From the IMG/VR virus record IMGVR_UViG_3300037722_000238, positions 1-38,096 of that record: a DNA stretch of 38,096 nt. One strand, given 5' to 3'. This DNA is from a virus. Lineage: Duplodnaviria > Caudoviricetes. Positions 34,975 through 38,096 of the stretch are shown in pieces. Numbering within the stretch: the first letter of the stretch is position 1; every line of letters begins with the position of its first letter. A model generated the notes under the pieces. That model was not told the DNA's origin and made no database searches. It was given only the letters and a program-made list of their open reading frames with translations. The translations under genes and the position numbers were made by a program.

Positions 34975-35237
34975 CGGTGGTGGCCTCCTCTTATGGGTGG
35001 TCTCGACACCTTGTTGAGGGTGGAGTCCGGCCACTGTTCAGGCAAACTACACGATCCGGGGGCAACCTCCAAGCATTCATTGGCGTTGAAGGCTCTCGGC
35101 GAACGCAGCTCGGCGAACGCTCCCGCCAGCGACGTGGAATGGACATCGATCCGAAGATCACTGTCGGATTCGTGCTCGCCGATTGTCCGAGCCATGTTGC
35201 GGCGTGCCACCTGTAGTTCGACTCGGTACTCGTACAT
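34635..35237 (-). CDS. Hypothetical protein; only the 5' part (about 35000-35237) is likely genuine
   Basis: Good RBS and start adjacent to the upstream stop, but the 3' part overlaps the HNH gene by 340 nt. Confidence 0.4.
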   Translation of the reverse strand: MYEYRVELQVARRNMARTIGEHESDSDLRIDVHSTSLAGAFAELRSPRAFNANECLEVAPGSCSLPEQWPDSTLNKVSRPPIRGGHHRCPASHPDRVLSADGSPPEAAAAATRTVNRPPATTQTNDRDGRSSTTGVPASATSVPASQTGTTPHTPPQTSQSTTSTPEPTAEPSKTAGQSSAAASTPNSAPDTPQGDTPGG

Positions 35238-35528
35238 CTAGTCCTCCTCCTCAGGTTTGCCGAGCCACCACCAGTCCTGAACCATCTCAGCGATATTCAC
35301 ATCCCAGGTCACCCGACGAGTGCCAGGATGTTCGGCGAGGTGAACCGGGTCACGGTCGGCAGCCCATCCCACAACAGACCACCCGTGATGGTCGAGGTCC
35401 ATGACGAACCCGGTGAGGGGGGCGGCGGCGAACCGGCGGAATGGCCAGCCGAGATCGACTCGTTGGTCGCCTGCGAGTTCACTGGAGTAAGGCAGGAAGT
35501 AGCCGGTTTCTTTGACGACGACAGCCAT
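35238..35528 (-). CDS. Hypothetical protein
   Basis: TAG-ATG adjacent junctions. Confidence 0.7.
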   Translation of the reverse strand: MAVVVKETGYFLPYSSELAGDQRVDLGWPFRRFAAAPLTGFVMDLDHHGWSVVGWAADRDPVHLAEHPGTRRVTWDVNIAEMVQDWWWLGKPEEED

Positions 35529-35906
35529 CTAGGAGTCTCCCCGTTCGTCGGCCGCAATCGACAGAATCACCGAAATCGGAACGTCCACAAATTCCGGATC
35601 GAGGCGTCCATCAACGTCTGTCGTGTACCAATCCCACGGGACCCCGTTCACGGTCTCCGCACGGATCGGATTGTGGACGGTACCGACTTCGTAGACTTCG
35701 ATGGGGGTGGTGATGTGGGGTAGGACATGTTCGCGGACGACGCGGACGAGAACTCGATGCTCGAAACCAAGAGGGTCTGAGTCATAGTCGTCATCGGGAC
35801 ACTTGCCGTTCAGCCATTCGTCGAGAACGTCTTCCAGCATGTCGCCGTCGCCAAATCCCCACTTGCTGAGCAATCCCGCTGTCGGGAATCTGATGTAGCC
35901 GGCCAT
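35529..35906 (-). CDS. Hypothetical protein (LLSKWGFGDGD...TVHNPIRA)
   Basis: Flanked by the 17-bp direct repeat gccatctaggagtctcc (35524-35540, 35902-35918). Confidence 0.75.
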   Translation of the reverse strand: MAGYIRFPTAGLLSKWGFGDGDMLEDVLDEWLNGKCPDDDYDSDPLGFEHRVLVRVVREHVLPHITTPIEVYEVGTVHNPIRAETVNGVPWDWYTTDVDGRLDPEFVDVPISVILSIAADERGDS

Positions 35907-36179
35907 CTAGGAGTCTCCTTCCAGCAACGACTTCGGGATGACGTACACGTCGATCTCGTCCGGGTCGTCAGTCGGGTACACGCACGGGGACAGCCCGTTC
36001 TGAACCCATCCGCCCTTCACCCCGTCTTTCGGTTCGTCCCCGTCGAACAGAAGCGTCCTGAGAGCTTCCGCGTCGGACAGGACACGACCGCCATCGCACG
36101 GCAAATGGGGCTTCACCCCCGAAGGGTTGACCAGATGCCACTCCCATCGTCCGTGCTTGCAGGCTTCACGCAGGGGCAT
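35907..36179 (-). CDS. Hypothetical protein (MPLREACKHGR...)
   Basis: Shares its first 11 aa with the upstream gene. Confidence 0.7.
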   Translation of the reverse strand: MPLREACKHGRWEWHLVNPSGVKPHLPCDGGRVLSDAEALRTLLFDGDEPKDGVKGGWVQNGLSPCVYPTDDPDEIDVYVIPKSLLEGDS

Positions 36180-36190
36180 CAGAACCTCCC
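36146..36190. repeat. 45-bp exact direct repeat (copy at 36505-36549)
   Basis: atcgtccgtgcttgcaggcttcacgcaggggcatcagaacctccc = RBS plus the first 11 codons. Confidence 0.95.
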
Positions 36191-36538
36191 CCGTTCATGT
36201 GGCAACTCGGGCAACAAGTCGGGACGATGCGCCAGATCAGGAAGGCCAGCAGCAGGCAGCCTCAGATCAGCCGCGAGCGCCTCAAACCCGCGCCGTTCCG
36301 CCTCGTCCGCGTACGCTTCCAGGGCCACCCTCGCGATCGGATCATGTGTCGGGTCGAGCACGAAGTACCAGCAGTCGTCGTGCTTCCCGTTCGGGTCGTT
36401 GCGGCGGCGCACTTCGTACTTGGCGTACACGCCACGGTCCTTATCGGGGTCACGCCCGCCAGGGCAGGTCATGCCCGCAGCTCCACCAACCCAATGCGAT
36501 TCGTATCGTCCGTGCTTGCAGGCTTCACGCAGGGGCAT
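36179..36538 (-). CDS. Hypothetical phage protein (MPLREACKHGR module + GVYAKYEV...YFVLDPTHDP.ARVAL domain)
   Basis: C-terminal motif pattern seen in small phage proteins. Confidence 0.75.
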   Translation of the reverse strand: MPLREACKHGRYESHWVGGAAGMTCPGGRDPDKDRGVYAKYEVRRRNDPNGKHDDCWYFVLDPTHDPIARVALEAYADEAERRGFEALAADLRLPAAGLPDLAHRPDLLPELPHERGRF

Positions 36539-36629
36539 CAGAACCTCCCGGTGTCGGGGTTGGGATCGGGGTCGTTGGTCCCGTCTTGTTTATATGCGCG
36601 CCGCAGAAGCAGATTGCTTGTTCACTCAT
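36525..36629 (-). CDS. Possible small peptide, 34 aa (MSEQAICFCG...)
   Basis: Starts at a GGAGGCTCCGATG junction repeat. Confidence 0.45.
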   Translation of the reverse strand: MSEQAICFCGAHINKTGPTTPIPTPTPGGSDAPA

Positions 36630-36912
36630 CGGAGCCTCCTGAGTGCTTCCGCGTTGGAGAGGCGCCCTTGAACATGAAGTCGTACGCCCAGTCCTGGGTG
36701 TAGCCGCAGTCACGACAGACCCACCCCGACACTGTGGCAACGAGAATCCCGAAGTCACCCCACTTGTACCAATGTGGGCTCTTAGTGCGTCGCCGACAGG
36801 TGAAGGGGTGGACGATGCCGCATCGCTGCCGCTCGTTCAACGCACGAACCTGTGTGGGGGTCCAGGGAGGGTGGATTATATCGTCACTTCGCATCGCTCT
36901 CGTCTCCTTCAT
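36622..36912 (-). CDS. Hypothetical zinc-binding protein (HPFTC...GWVCRDCGYTQDWA)
   Basis: Flanked by the 14-bp direct repeat tcatcggagcctcc (36626-36639, 36909-36922). Confidence 0.75.
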   Translation of the reverse strand: MKETRAMRSDDIIHPPWTPTQVRALNERQRCGIVHPFTCRRRTKSPHWYKWGDFGILVATVSGWVCRDCGYTQDWAYDFMFKGASPTRKHSGGSDE

Positions 36913-37207
36913 CGGAGCCTCCCAGCCACTGGTTCACGTCTATCAGCATCCCGAGCAGCACCGCCCGTACCTTCGGATCATGACCGGAGCCTTTGCAGGA
37001 CGGGCAGTCCCACGGGGACTCTGCCCCGCCAGCGGTCGCAACGACGCTGTCGTCCTCCCCACTTCCCTCACACTCCCCGCACTGGACGATGATCGGTGCC
37101 AGTTCGTCGGCCATGGACCGAATGTCGGCGTCAGTCGGAGTGCGGTAGCTCCGTGGGTAGTCGTCGTGGTCCCTCGACGCCACTACTTGCAGGTCTGCTC
37201 GTCTCAT
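36884..37207 (-). CDS. DnaJ-type zinc-finger small protein, allele B
   Basis: CGECEGSG, CPSCKGSG; paralogue of 26-358. Confidence 0.75.
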   Translation of the reverse strand: MRRADLQVVASRDHDDYPRSYRTPTDADIRSMADELAPIIVQCGECEGSGEDDSVVATAGGAESPWDCPSCKGSGHDPKVRAVLLGMLIDVNQWLGGSDEGDESDAK

Positions 37208-37437
37208 CGTTCCTCGCCCTCTACAGGAATCCAACACTCGTTGATGTACGCCACCACTTCGTCGGCGTTGTACCCGAACGCATCCCGGTACTCGCCGTCC
37301 CTCTCGGCCAGTAGCCACCATCCGCCCTCACGTCCCGACATCTCAACCATCTGGCCTATCGGCGTCCATTGCATCTCGCGTACCCGGAACCCTTTGGACT
37401 TTGCTGCGGCTTCAATCTGACGACGTTGACGACTCAC
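37204..37437 (-). CDS. Hypothetical protein (ends IPVEGEER)
   Basis: GTGA/ATGA overlaps. Confidence 0.7.
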   Translation of the reverse strand: MSRQRRQIEAAAKSKGFRVREMQWTPIGQMVEMSGREGGWWLLAERDGEYRDAFGYNADEVVAYINECWIPVEGEER

Positions 37438-37700
37438 GTTTCGCCTCCCTCTACAGGAACCAACACAACCCACCCGCAGTCGAAAATCCGTTGGCATTCG
37501 TGAGCGCCCCATGGTTCTGATGGCTCAACACGACTCGCGCGGCGTTCGGCTTCACACCACCAGACGCGGGGAGCGTCCAATACGGCCTGTGTTGCCCGAA
37601 AGATCGGATCTGACGGCCGTAGCTGCGGCCAGGTAGCTCGGGGGTCTAGTGAGCCGAGGTACTCATCGTGCTCTTCTTTCAGTAGGCGTATGTTGATCAC
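37434..37700 (-). CDS. Hypothetical protein (DAPRVWWCE...VPVEGGET)
   Basis: GTG start overlaps the upstream stop; C-terminus related to 674-970. Confidence 0.7.
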   Translation of the reverse strand: MINIRLLKEEHDEYLGSLDPRATWPQLRPSDPIFRATQAVLDAPRVWWCEAERRASRVEPSEPWGAHECQRIFDCGWVVLVPVEGGET

Positions 37701-37900
37701 GGCAACTCCATTGGTAGTTCTCCCGATTCCAGCGCCTCGAACGCCAGAGCCTTCAGCCGAGTCGGAACCACCACATTTTCCAGCACGACCGGGATCGTCT
37801 CGGTAGTTATCGGCTGGTTCTCGGCGTCGAACTTTGCTTGGATGGCCCGCAGCCTGCGCAGGCGTCGCTGAGCTTCCATTCGGCCTGCGTCGACGCTCAT
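37697..37900 (-). CDS. Hypothetical protein (MSVDAGR...)
   Basis: Same junction (gaggagacagcatgagcgt) as gene 967-1194 but an unrelated body. Confidence 0.7.
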   Translation of the reverse strand: MSVDAGRMEAQRRLRRLRAIQAKFDAENQPITTETIPVVLENVVVPTRLKALAFEALESGELPMELP

Positions 37901-38096
37901 GCTGTCTCCTCGCTCTTCTCCGCACCCGTCAACGCCGTACCGCACGCCTCACAATGGGATTTCACGATGCGACGGCCTCCACGAACAAACCGCCACGCCG
38001 GCACCTCCACACCCCTCGCCGCACAGCCGCGGATCCCGCATTTCAGTTTCGGAGGCTGCTCATCGCCGACAGCCCGCCGCCACTCCCGCTGCTTCG
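37897..38096 (-). CDS. 3' fragment of a second allele of gene 1191-1832 (cut by the window end)
   Basis: Near-identical to 1191-1390; last 104 bp identical. Confidence 0.8.
   Translation of the reverse strand, partial: KQREWRRAVGDEQPPKLKCGIRGCAARGVEVPAWRFVRGGRRIVKSHCEACGTALTGAEKSEETA

Larger units (their letters stand above)
1..38096. mobile_element. Temperate siphovirus genome (HK97-like head, non-contractile tail), circularly permuted; ends overlap the same locus
   Basis: Complete ordered set of terminase, portal, protease, capsid, tail, tape measure, lysis, integrase, repressor and replication genes; 1-127 is identical to 36859-36985 and 1287-1390 is identical to 37993-38096. Confidence 0.95.

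Noticed and set aside
35235-36922. CRISPR array suggested by recurring short repeats
   Set aside because: Repeats differ between pairs and are separated by whole genes (about 280-380 bp), not 30-40-bp spacers; no cas genes

Overview
This window is an essentially complete, GC-rich temperate siphovirus genome. The host is probably an actinobacterium lacking mycolic acids, since no LysB is seen. One genome unit is about 36.7-36.9 kb and almost all genes are on the minus strand. The minus strand carries HK97-like packaging and head genes (HNH, TerS, TerL, portal, S49 protease, major capsid), a tail module, lysis genes, and an early operon (Cro, ERF, DnaA-domain-IV-like protein, putative resolvase, HNH, replication initiator, ASCH, many small genes). 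The plus strand carries a short lysogeny cassette: repressor, small ORF, XerC/D-like tyrosine recombinase and GT87-like membrane glycosyltransferase. Three observations stand out. (1) A 28-bp dif-like site lies inside the repressor gene, just upstream of an arm-less Xer-like recombinase, suggesting integration-dependent immunity at a dif-type site. (2) The distal early region is an array of small genes whose junctions (RBS + stop/start) are short direct repeats, like exchangeable cassettes. (3) The two window ends hold two different alleles of this same locus, with shared anchors and swapped genes; an assembly bubble or a tandem prophage could explain this. All functional calls come from motif recognition by eye; no searches were run.
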